Of a stretch of DNA of 64,000 nucleotides, positions 13,370 to 24,787 are shown one piece after another. Both the position numbers and the translations under genes were made by a program. The number at the start of each line of letters is the position of its first letter. Within the stretch, counting starts at the first letter, position 1. The notes under the pieces are model-generated. The model had not been told where the DNA came from. It made no database searches and was given only the letters and a program-made list of their open reading frames with translations. Location: assembly GCA_907165135.1 (NCBI GenBank), contig OU015569.1, forward strand, positions 1,674,001 to 1,738,000, given 5' to 3'. The DNA is from Oikopleura dioica (lineage: Eukaryota > Animalia > Chordata).

Positions 13370-13852
13370 GGGTCAAATGCTTAGTTTGACCTTCTGTCTT
13401 TTGAATGTGCGACTGATTGCAAAATTCAACTCTCGAGTTACATTGCTTTGAACGTTATTATGAAAAAATAAACAGCGTCTGATTGATACTTTCTCGTCCA
13501 GATCGATTTCCGCGAAGCAGGACGGGCCCCTTAGTTCAAGTGGCAGCGGAACCACCACCACTCAAAGTTATGTTTCTTCAATCGCCAGGCAAAGATAGAC
13601 GCCCATTCTGAGAAAAAAAAAATATTCAAAATTTAAGAAACGGGCTTATATTATTCGTAAGTGTCACTTCCTGTCACTCGCTGAATGCGAAAAACTCAAT
13701 TTCATCGCTTCGAAGAACTGTTTTTTTCTGAACGTGCTAAGAAAGAAAAAGTTTTCTCTGTCGACAGTTACTGTATATTTTGACGGGCAGAAATTAAGGA
13801 GGCCGCCATTTTACGCTCATTTACCAGAACTCGAACGTAATTGGGGCTAGGG

Positions 13853-14293
13853 TTAGTGCAAATGGAGCAAATAAGGAAGCAATAATTCACAGAAAAGCGT
13901 CAGAAAAAGAAGGTCCAATCCAAGTAAATCACAGATGAAGGCGCGCATGAAGAGTGTGGCAAAGCTTTCCATGGTCACTTTCCAGTATGATACATTTTCC
14001 ACGCCATTTTTCGCTGCTGAAATCGAAATTCTGTAGAGAACGAAGACAATGATGAAGAAGAGCTTTCGTTGAACTGGTGGACGACGAATATCGGTGTTGA
14101 TTTTCAGCCATTCCTGATGAGATGGATCTTTATTTAGCTCGTCTATTCTTCTTAAAATTTCATCGGCGATCTCTATTGCCTCTCTTTCTTGCCAGCCCTG
14201 GTCAAAGTCATGTTCGCACTCCTCGATTCTAGGTGCCGCTTTTTCGAGGTCTTCATCCTTCTTCTTGAAGTTGTCTTTCTCCAAGCTGAACAT
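13853..14293 (-). CDS. Intronless ORF of unknown function: charged N-terminus, hydrophobic C-terminus
   Basis: Open frame 13853-14329, first ATG at 14293, TATAAATA upstream (~14340-14347). No recognised domain. Confidence 0.5.
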   Translation of the reverse strand: MFSLEKDNFKKKDEDLEKAAPRIEECEHDFDQGWQEREAIEIADEILRRIDELNKDPSHQEWLKINTDIRRPPVQRKLFFIIVFVLYRISISAAKNGVENVSYWKVTMESFATLFMRAFICDLLGLDLLFLTLFCELLLPYLLHLH

Positions 14294-15736
14294 GTTTTGA
14301 ATTCTTGGTTTTTTTACGTTTGTTTCCAAAATGGTACGTATTTATATCCCCAATGGCGCTAGACTAGCAGCAGTTTAGCAGCTGGATATCAGTATTTTTC
14401 AAGATTGATTGGCCTTTTTCACGAAATTCAAATTCGTACGATTTGATTTTGCGTTTATTCGTGAGATTTCGGTATTTTTATGAAAATTTCGGAATGATTT
14501 TTTCAATTATTTACTGAGCCCAGGGCCTAACTCAAACGATTTGAAACCTAATAATCAAAAATATTTATTTAAAAAAAAAATTATGCTTGGTAATTGTTGG
14601 ATATGCTTTTTTTTCAAGGAGAAATTCAATAAGTTTTTTTTTTGCAAATGTTGAACTTTTTTCTTTTTCTTTTTGAGAAAGCAAAATTCAAGTCGGTTGA
14701 GTAAGCGGGTTATTCGATAGATAGCGAGGGCTAGTGAATTCATTGAGGGGCGGGTTTTTAACAAGTGCGAGCACCTTTCCCGAAAGAATAATAAACGCGG
14801 CAAAGTGAACGCGCAAGAAGTTCTTTTTCTCTCAGTTTCAGATTGGAGATATGGAACTGGCGCGTGTCTTTAGAACGATTTGACAAATGTTCGCGAGTTG
14901 TAAGGGGCCCAGTCGCCGATTGTCCAGCAAGCCGTGGTGATAACGCCGGCCAAAGCGAATTAGCTTCCTGCGAATTAACGCTGCCCAAATCCAAATTAAG
15001 CAAAACCAAAATTATCGTTTTTATTTTTTCGCCCTAATCGCTGAAGACAAGGGCAGCTTAAAATTTGTTCCTTTCTTGAAGAAATTCCCAAAAGTAATTT
15101 TTTTTATTCAAATTTATTTTTTACTCGCTCAGATTGAAAATATTCAAATTTTTAGTAAAAGAAATTTTTTTCAAAAATTGCTTATTTTCTCGGATGAAAA
15201 GATCCGCGGGAACGAGTCGGAAAGATCCTAAATTTCAACGTCGATCATTCAAATGAGCTGTCCTGAGCAGCTCGTTAGAACGAAATTAAAGTCGATCGCA
15301 GAAGAAAGCTTCTAAAGCCGCTATTGAGTTGAAAGAAACGGAGTTGTTAAAATTTGTAGATGGAGCGGATTTTTAACTCTGGTAGCTTTTATTGACAAAA
15401 TAGGCCTATCAAGACCGCAGCGACATTATAACTGTTTGCTACTAGAAAACATGCGCTAAGCAGATTTTTCCTTTTGATCGCAAGTTCCTCTGATCGCTTG
15501 AAACATGAGGATCACGTGTTCTTTACCCTAGCCCGCCGTTGGTAACGATATTTGGCTTTGGCGGGCTGAGGTCAAAAATAACCGATTTGTTGTCGATTTT
15601 GGCCATTGCGCGATCTTATAAGAAATTTTGATTCAAATCGGAGATTGAAAATTTTTCGTTACCCGCCATTTCAGAGCGCCAGATTCCGCATTTCGAGAAA
15701 AAGCTCGCTTTTTGAGACGTTTTTCTTCAAGAGATC

Positions 15737-16721
15737 ATGAGTAGCAAGGCCGCGAAACAGCTTCATCCTCCCGCCGAAAAAGTCACTTCTTGGGGACTTT
15801 ATGGAAAATGCGCCGCCTGCCTTAGGTTTGTGGTGAATCAGAATGAATTTAAACTAAAATTTAGTCCCGTTCAATCAACAACGGTCGTAGCGAGTGGGAA
15901 ACGAGTCTGCCGACAGTGCCAAGCTGGCCAATTTACTTCTGATCCAGCAGATTTAATTTTTACAGAGTCGGATGCGACATTCGAATGTCCTGCTTCCAAA
16001 ACTTGTGGCGCGAAAGATCTTTCTCGCCGCCAGTTTTGGATTGGAAGCTGCTGCAAAAATGGTGCGAAGGAAACTTCGATGCTCCTCGTCCATGATGATG
16101 GTGAGTTAAATTTATTTATGAGGATATAGCTTTGTGAATTATAATTAAGAACGAACGAAGTGCGAGTCGCTCTCGATTGTCACCAAGATCTTCAACGAGG
16201 CACGAGAGGACGAAGTCACTGCTGAATGCGACGCTAAAATGGCTGGAGAAGAACTCATTCAAGCTCAAAAAGTTCTCCAAAAGGCACAAGCTGCGTGCGA
16301 TAACGCGAAGCAAAAAGTCAGTAAAGCGAACGAGAGCCTTCTCAACAAGAAAACATGGCGAAAGAAAGCTCAAAAACGAGTTCTTGTTTTTGCGTCGTTT
16401 TTGTCGTTGGAGGATAGTGATCCAGGTCAGACTCATAAATGAAAATTAGGGAAACAACTTATTATAGAAACGGAGCCTGAAACATCGGTTTTTGAGGAAA
16501 CTTCAGAAGAGGAACCTGTTGTTTCCCGCGACGAACCAAAAAGTACTCTAGACTACTGCAAGCTCTGCTACGAGGATTACGACAAGAAAGAGCATTTGTT
16601 ACATAAATGCGTCTATGAGCCATGTAGTCACTTTGGCTGTATGGGTTGCTTCTCTAAAACCAAGGGCTCGTGTCCATTCTGCAAAAAATCAGGACATTTT
16701 ATTTCTCTTTATGAACGTTAA
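15737..16721 (+). CDS. C3HC4 RING protein with N-terminal Cys-rich region and coiled coil
   Basis: Three exons. C-terminal CKLC...PCSHFGCMGC...CPFC; N-terminal CAAC, CRQC, CPASKTC, CC. Confidence 0.8.
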
Positions 16722-17929
16722 ATTTTTCTGCCTTCCTAGTTCAATTAAGTTTATCTTTTAAAAATAAAAACATCAAACTTTCAGATTCAAGAAGAATCTT
16801 TTAATATTTTCCTTTGCATTTAAAATTAGCAGGAAGTGTAATTCTTTCCTGGAAAGAAAGTGTGCCCTTTTAGGAGAACAAAGAGCTGCTGCGGTGGAAA
16901 GTGTGATTAGATTTGTTTTCTGGCTCTCAAGTGATTATGTAAGTTGAGTGAACACGGGCGCGAGGGCGCTCCAGGGACCGCGCTCCACCACCACCAGGAG
17001 CGAAACGCTAAATCGTTAATTTTGCTCTTCATTTTCTCGATCTTCTTAAAAATTGCCACATTTTTTTAATAAATCTTTTTATTGAAAAGCAAAACAGAGA
17101 AAAGCAAAGATCAGAGAGTGCTGAAATCAACGAAGAGAACAAAAAGAAAAATGGTATTTTTTTATTTCACGCAAATTTTTTTCGAGGATTTTTTCGAGTT
17201 TGACGACGATTGTTTCATAAAGCAAACTAGATTATTATTTTCGCGTAAGGGAAGCCACAAATGTTTAATAACAGAAAACCTGCCAAGTTTAGATGCAAGC
17301 GTCGTCCTCAACCGAGGGCTACATTTAATCCTCAGCTGCGGCAACTTAACAATAATTAAAGAAGCAACACCCGATTTTTCAAAAATAACTCGCGGAAAAT
17401 GTCTATTTCGGAGGTTTTTTTTTTCAAGTGTCAATTAAAAATACCTTCATTTGTGATAAAATTTGAATACAAAGCTGTGGTCTCCGCGGTATCCTCTTCT
17501 AGAAAGTGATCAACTCACGGTCGGGGTTACTTCCTAGGCTCAAGGACGCGTAAGGACCGTTGATCCAATAATATTATTGAGTTAGGCTCTAGTCCAATTG
17601 CTAAGCCACTCCAATTTGCTGTAACAGGAAAGCGCGTATTAAATAAGTACGGCTTGAGCGCAAGTAGCGAACAATGAAAAAGTTGGAAAACGCTTGTCAC
17701 AAGTGTTTTTGCCGAAAATAGAAAGGCATCGTGAAAACAACTCTCGTGTACATACTCACATTCCTCAAATATGCTTCTAATAAGCTCCTTATCTACAAAT
17801 GATTTACTGAATTCGAGTTGTCCTTATTATTGGAATTGGCATTAAATTTACATTGAGCCCGTTTTTTACTTTGTACTTTTTGATTCTTTTTTTTTTTTGG
17901 AAAAAAATTGATTATTTTCTCGTAAAAGG

Positions 17930-19670
17930 AGCGCGCCTAAGCATGTTATTTCGTCGCTTGAAAATTGCGCCCAAGACATCGTCAGCTTCACGTAACTCCT
18001 CAAGGCTCTCTCCTCTTCGCAAAGATCTTTGTTTTTATCCCAAAAATACATCACCGAAAACACGCGTTCTTTGTGGCAATTCAAATTTAGGTGCGGTCAA
18101 GTTTGCTCCTTTCTCTAGTCGCCGCGGAGAAATTACCTTGCCAGCAAAAAGCGCCAAGCAAAAGTTACCAATCTCTACTTGTACTAACAAGCTTGCTGAA
18201 AATTAATTTCGCGTCTTATTATTTATTGTTTGTTAACTTGTTGGAAGAAACAGAAACTCTGATGGAAAGCGTCACTGGATCGAAGAACTTCCTCGTAAAC
18301 TAAAGGTAGGCTGACGGAAAGCTTGTTTTAGTTAGGGTTAGGGTTAGACCTTATATATGAGTCATATATGATATGCCTTTATCATATTATATGATACATA
18401 CATATCATAAATGATACTATATATACTCATATATTATATGTATGTATCATATAATATGATAAAATCATATCATATATGAGTCATATAATATGACTCATAT
18501 ATAAGGTCTAACCCTAACCCTAACTCTAACTAATATATGATTAGTTAGCCTAATTATATATGATTTATACATATATATACATCATATAATATGATATATA
18601 TTGATATATTGATATATATTATATAAAATATGAATCATATTATATGATATATAATATCTTAAATGAGAGCTCTAGTAGCAAGGTGCTATATTATTTGTCA
18701 TCCTAAAAATCATTGACAACTCCATTCTAGTAAATTTCTTCGTGCAAAGAAGAACAAATCAAGAGTGTTTCTAAAATGTTTTACTAGTCTAGTAGAACGT
18801 TGAGAGTAAATCTCTGTCGGAAGCACAGAACGTCATCTCGTTAAATCGTTTCTTTCCGTTCTTCTTTTTTGTACGCAAAGAGTGCTAATGGGATCAATTT
18901 CAGCTCTCGTCGAGTTCGCGGTCGGCAGGGGTGGCGGATTCTTGCTGCGACGGAAGACCGTACAGGACTGGATCAGACAAAATCAAACACAACGCTCACA
19001 GGTCAAGAAAGTATTAATAAACGGGCACGAGTTTACGAAACGAGGCATTAGCACGTTGCTCTTTTTGGAAAGAGGCGGGCTACTTCCAAGATTGGCAGCG
19101 CTTTAAGCTCTGAAAAATGATCCGAAAAAGCTCCTCTCGAAGTCAGTGTTGTTTCAAGCGAATAATTCCGAACACGAAGACGTGCTGTTTTACCGGGGAA
19201 GTGGTCGATCGCGGGTTAGCCTGTCCATGCGCGCCTTCCGGCGAGTGGGTACGCGTCGAGAGGGATAGATTGGCGACGCTCACTTCGGCCATGGAGCAGC
19301 TCGGAAAGAAAGTCGGTGCGGCAGCGGAAGAAAACTTCAATCAGCTCAAGAAAACGGAAGAAACAATAAAACGAGCCGATTCATTCGCCACAGAGTTGGG
19401 AAAAGAGCTCTGCGACTTACTCAGATTAAGCATTCAAGATCCAGAATGCAGAAATATTGAGACGTCGATTTTGGAGGACAGATTCGAAAGGAAACGGTTT
19501 TTTTTTCTCGAAATATTCTTTATTTAATATTTTACAATTAGAATTATGCATCGTTTTTTTTTTGCCAACAAGATCGCCGGTTTCCATTTTATTCCAAGAG
19601 GCAGGGATAGGTGGTACGACGGGTGGAGATAGAACGAGAGCCGGGTTCAGTAACAAACGTATTTTCTAAA
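17930..19670 (+). CDS. Probable multi-exon gene of unknown function
   Basis: Coding-like open segments with splice boundaries (ESKSLSEAQNVI, VLMGSISALVEFAVGRGGGFLLRR, ORF 19117-19527). Model incomplete. Confidence 0.35.
18328..18533. repeat. AT-rich foldback capped by inverted telomeric repeats
   Basis: (TTAGGG)2-TTAGACCTTATATATGAGTCATAT on the left is mirrored by (CCCTAA)2 on the right, with an inner 27-bp perfect inverted repeat. Confidence 0.9.
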
Positions 19671-20187
19671 AGGAACTCGCTTTGAATATCGTTGATGTGC
19701 TCATCTTCCGGCAAATAGTCCCCATTGATGATTTTTCTGAACGCAGAGCTTTCCCTCCCTTATTTTCCTTTGAAAATACCTAAGGCAGTTGAGAAGCATT
19801 CCAATGATAAAAGTAAAGAGTAGAGCGACGCAAGCTGCCATTACATTCAGCCAGGGAACGATCAGTTCTTTTTCGAAACGATTTTAGATCAAGGTTGAGA
19901 AATGAAAGGTTGAAGTTTACGATTACCTGCAGCGAGCTTGCGATTTTTCGCAATGAGAGCGTGATCATAATATGCTGGCACAAAGAAGTGACCGCGAATT
20001 GTGGCTAAATGATTTCAAAAATCAAATCTCCGGGGCAGAAAAGTAAAAAGCTTACCGGAACGCAAAAACTCGTCCAAAGGAAGTTCCCCATTCATTCTTT
20101 CTTTTTCGTCCCTTTGTGTCTCTGTCTCTAGTTTCGATTTTAAAAGGTCTACTCTCTAAGGTTCCAGTACGACTCAGTAAGCCACAT
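19595..20187 (-). CDS. Small single-pass membrane protein of unknown function
   Basis: Exons MNGELPLDEFLRS|TIRGHFFVPAYYDHALIAKNRKLA|FEKELIVPWLNVMAACVALLFTFIIGMLLNCL with GT/AG boundaries. Start uncertain. Confidence 0.45.
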
Positions 20188-20312
20188 ATTTATCGGTTGT
20201 ATTATAAGCGATTAAGCGATAAATGTAAAATCGCGAAAATCTGTGCGAAAAGGGGCGCTGGATCGGAAAACGAGTACGGCGCTAATGATGCATAAGTAAC
20301 GAGTCCATCAGT

Positions 20313-21186
20313 TTGATCGACAATCGAGTTACAGTAAGAGAAAACCGAGACAGGCCCCAACGACGCGTGCGACCCCGCCGAGGAGTCACAATCCACGAGG
20401 AAGTGGTGCTTTCCCGCGACTATGGCAGCAGCGAATACGGGAATGAATACGAGTACGAGGAAGAATACGAAGAGTACGGCAACGCCGGTAATGAGCAAAC
20501 TGATAACGAAAGCGCGCTTAACTTGTTTAACTTTTGAAGAAAGACTTAACGACTTCGTGGAGTACGATGCCGAGCCGGAAGAAAACTACGTCCCGCAGCA
20601 AGAACAGATTTACTCACTTGTACAGGCAAATGCTCGAAAACTATATTGAGCATTACATATTTCTACCACTGCGTCTTCGGTGAAAAATGTAGCTAGACTT
20701 GCTCATTCGTTAATTACAAAGTCGAGCCTTTACTAGAAAAGAGCATCTCTTCGCGGCGAGATTACAGGCGGCTCGGCGGCGCTTCTCCGGAGCAAGTATC
20801 TAGCAGAGCAATTCAAGCACGTAAGTTCTATTCTAAGCTCCCTAGAGAGCCCCTTGCGCGAGAGTGAGTACATCGTCGAGGCGCTAGAAAAAACGGAAAA
20901 GAGTGGTGAGTGCTCGACCGCGCCCTGGCTCTCGAACACCTCCCAGTACCTAGAGCAGTTCAAGGACTTGCAGCTGCAAGTTGATCAACTGTATCAAGAA
21001 GCAGGTAAGAAGGAAATTTATTGCGCGGCGCTGAATTTGAAATTAGGCGCCCGAGTCCTTGCCGGTCAATCTAAGTGGATAGCCGACAAATACTCGGAAC
21101 TGGCTTATTGGCACGAGAGGCACGATCGCGCGAATCAAAATTATGATAATTATATCGATGAAGAGTACGAGTACTACCAAAGCTGA
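20313..21186 (+). CDS. Acidic, Tyr-rich protein of unknown function
   Basis: ORFs 20313-20537, 20548-20630, ~20720-20820 and 20854-21186 can be joined by GT-AG introns. Start codon not located. Confidence 0.5.
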
Positions 21187-21278
21187 TTTCAACCCTCTTT
21201 CTACTTCAAAATAAAACAACATCTACCTCTGTTCATTTGCCATTTGTTCGTTAGCTTTATTCTGCAAATCAAATTAAA

Positions 21279-23867
21279 TTAGTAAAGTCGGATGAAGTCG
21301 GATTCCCTCGCTGGCTTATTGCAAGTCGGGCAGCATTGTCGACGCGAGAAAGAGGCTTTGATGCACGTATTTCCAAACTTGTGGCCGCACTTGAGAGCGA
21401 TTTGGAAGTGGTCCTGTTCGTTGAACGGGTCGAAACAAATGGCGCAATTGTTTTCTAAAATTTTCAAATGCCTCTGTCAAAAAAGCATTGATCGTTACCT
21501 TCTTCAAGTTGCTCCAGTCGTTCCATTTTTTCTTTGTGCTCTTTTGCTTGTTGGGCTCTTTTCTGTTTTTCCTGATTCAGAAGTTCCTCCATACTCTTGC
21601 GCTAGAAAAAAAAATCATAGAAATATTCGTTAAAAAATGCCTTACTCTGACAGATTGTTGAGCCAGTTGTGCCTTTTGATTTTCATTTAGCTCCCTGTAA
21701 TCGTTTACGTTCGACTCTGCCTGAAGTTTCTCCATCAACAACTTTTCTTTTTCATCGAGTTCATTTCGAATGTTCTTGTGCAAGTCTTCTTCGGCCTGCG
21801 CCAGCCGGCGAATTTCTGTTTCTTGAACCTCGATTTTCGTGTTCGCTTGTTGCAGCTGCAAATTCAAGTTATCAAAAAGACTAAAGCTGAATTGCGAGAA
21901 ATGACCTGTATTTTGAGGCTATCGCAATCGCCCTGCTTCCACTTCAAGTCTTCGTTGAGCTTTTTTTAGGTTCAGACTTTTGTTTTAGGATTCTTATTTG
22001 AAAAGGAACTTCATGAAAATCGGTCGATAATTGTAAGAAAGCGAGTCCGACCGAACCTTGCTGCATTGTTCATTGGCCAAGCGTTGTGCATCCGCTGCAG
22101 AGCGAAGGAAATAAAGCACTTGACGGTTGGCGTTTGTTCTCGCTTTTTTCCACTGGGCATTTTCATTCTCCAGTTCCTCGATTCGCCGCTCACATTTCTT
22201 CCTCTGCGCAGTTTGTTCGTTTTTTTCTGATTCAATATTTTTGACGTATTTTTCCATGTCGTTGTGGTAACTGTCCACCTCTGCATCTTTTTTTCGGATT
22301 AAATTTTTAAGCTCAGCTACAGTGCCAAGACTTTCTTCCGATGTTCTTTTCAATGCTTCGTATTCTTCTTGTAATCCGTCAATTTGAGCTTCCAATTCAC
22401 TTTTCTCTTCAGTTATTGTTTTGAGATTCTTGACAGTGCTATAATATCATCTATCAGAGACCTTTCACAAGCTTTTAAGCTGGAAAATGTCTAGTAGACA
22501 TCGACATTTCGGGGGTTAGGGCTTCGGGGAGGGACACTGTATATATTTGTTCAAGAATTTAGGTAAATTACTAATTTAGCACATTCCTTTTGAAATTCTC
22601 TTCTCTCTTCTTGTCTTCTTCTCGTCAAGACGGAGTTTTTATTTTTGGATTCTTGAAGTTCAGCAGAAGCTTGTTCGAATTGCTGGAAAACTTGATCGTA
22701 GCTTTCGCGAAGCTGCTCGTAATTCTGGCTTATCTCTTCATTCTCTTCACCTAATTCGGTATTTCGTTTTATCAGACGCTTTATTTCTTCCTTCAAAGAG
22801 TTCAATTCGTCAACTTGGGAGCCTTGTTGAAGAGCGAATTCAGTTCTCGTCGTTTCTAGCTCTTCCCGCAAATCTTGAATTATTTCTTCATAATTAAAAA
22901 ATTCCTCATTTGGAACTTGAAGATTCGAAGCTTCTCCTCCATGATTTCGTTCTTCTTCTCTTTGATCTCTGATCGGCGTCTCGGGGCGGTCTTCTAGAGC
23001 TGGGCTCTCTTCTCTCGAATGGTTACGCTCGTCATCCGCATCGTCTTCAGAAAAATCGCTTTCAACGGTGGCTCTTTGGGGCGGACTCGGTGCTGCTATT
23101 TCAAGATTCTCAATTAGAGCAGGCTCGGCTTTCGGCTCTGGATCCGAGTACTGGAAAGGATGATTCGTTCTAAAGGGTGAATTACGGCAAACCACTTTGA
23201 GTAAAGCCACAAATAACTTTCTTACCTTGGAGGCACGGCATCAGTTGGTGACTTTTCGAATTTTCTTTGTGATTCTCCAAGGTCGGTCCTTTTTGGCGGC
23301 TGCGGCATTCGAAGCCGTCCACGGCCCCGTCCTCGAAGGCTTTGAAGAGATCCACTGCTCACTAGTGAGTCGTTTAACCCCCGCGGAGTGTAAGGCGGAG
23401 AGTCCGGCAAAGGAGGTTGCTCTGGAGCAACGACTGGCTCTTCCTCTAACGGCATTTCCGATTGCTTTCGAAGATAACGATTGGCGGCAGTTGAGCTTTC
23501 TTCGTCGTCGCCGCTGACTTCTGTTTCCGAAGCGTCTGCTATAATCGAAACATCTTTTGAGGAGGAAGAAGCAAGTGAAGAAATCGTCGGAGATTTTTTG
23601 CCAGCTTCCGATTTACTGAACAGATTTTCGAGATTCTTAGTTTTCAATCCTCAAAGATGGTCAAATCAACAACTGCCCTAGAACTTACTTGATATCTTCA
23701 ATATCGTCAAGGCCTATTTCTTCGAAGCTCGTCGACAAGTCCGTCCGAGTTGAAGTCATTCTCTCTCTTTGAGAAGCAAAAGGAGACAGGCTCGGGTAGA
23801 GCTGATTTGAACCGCCAGGTTGATTTGTCGATCCATTAACAAAATCGTAATCTTCACTTTCTCCCAT
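21279..23867 (-). CDS. Long disordered/coiled-coil protein with a C-terminal RFWD3-type RING
   Basis: ORFs 23685-23867, 23222-23647, 22551-23210, 21994-22395, 21577-21867 and 21279-21467. RING: CAICFDPF...ALKCGHKFGNTCI...CPTCNK...IRLY. Confidence 0.85.
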
Positions 23868-24220
23868 TTTACGTTAGTTCTCTTTGACGAGGTCGTTTTT
23901 AAAAATCCAGCGGCGGTTTTTGCGAAAAGGGAAAACTCGCCCGCGCAGACGAGTTTCTCTTTCTGACTCAGCTCGATAACAAATTTACATTTCACGTTTT
24001 TCTTGTTTGAAGAATGAAACCATCGCTTAACGATATTTAATAAACTTAGTCATCTCTGTTTGCACAGGCATTACTGAAATAAATAGGGTGAAAATTTCAA
24101 GAATTTTTGAAACAAAAATTATTAAAAAATATTCTTTAAAAATCACTTACAGAGCCAAAATGGGCTTTCAAAACGACTCCTCCTTGATTTCATCCCCGCA
24201 AAAAAGAAAAGATGGATATA

Positions 24221-24292
24221 TAGCAGAGGGAGGTTTCGATCCTCCGACCTCTGGGTTATGGGCCCAGCACGCTTCCGCTGCGCCACTCTGCT
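24221..24292 (-). tRNA. tRNA-iMet: Initiator tRNA-Met (CAT)
   Basis: AGCAGAGTGGCGCAGCGGAAGCGTGCTGGGCCCATAACCCAGAGGTCGGAGGATCGAAACCTCCCTCTGCTA has the A1:U72 pair, ATCG T-loop and three G:C anticodon-stem pairs, with a downstream T-run. Confidence 0.98.
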
Positions 24293-24787
24293 GAAAGCAA
24301 GCACCTCGATTTGCCGTTATCAATGAACACCGATGGAGGGCGATCCGTTATCATCGAGGATTTTTCTTTCGAAGTATCGGCTTCAGTTGGGGATATTCTC
24401 TTTCGACAGGAAATAGGGAAGGCAATGCTAAAAACGATGAATATGCTTATCGGCATAAGGAATTTCCTATCACCCCAGCACCGCTGATTAATCAACGAGA
24501 AGCGCATCTCGGGTGAATAAGTCATCATTTTTACCGACCTATCTTATTCGATTCTAAGATTTTTTCGCGCCAAAAGAAATTGTGCGCACCGTTCGAGGCC
24601 ATCCAAATGTCTGAAAATAGAGGAAAATTGTGAACAATCTGAATCATTCGATTCCATTTTTCTTTTTTTTTCGTTTCTTGACTGCGCCTCCGATTCGATT
24701 CCGCTTTCAATCACGAGACCATAATTGAACTGCCAACTTCCAGTCCCGAACCAAGCGAGAAATTTTGTACCGCCAGAACGAAGAAAA

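Noticed and set aside
14111-14130. CTGATGAG hammerhead-like core
   Set aside because: Lies in an ORF, and no supporting stems or GAAA core were seen.
24088-24528. ORFs 24088-24294 and 24256-24528
   Set aside because: They overlap the tRNA-iMet gene and are spurious.
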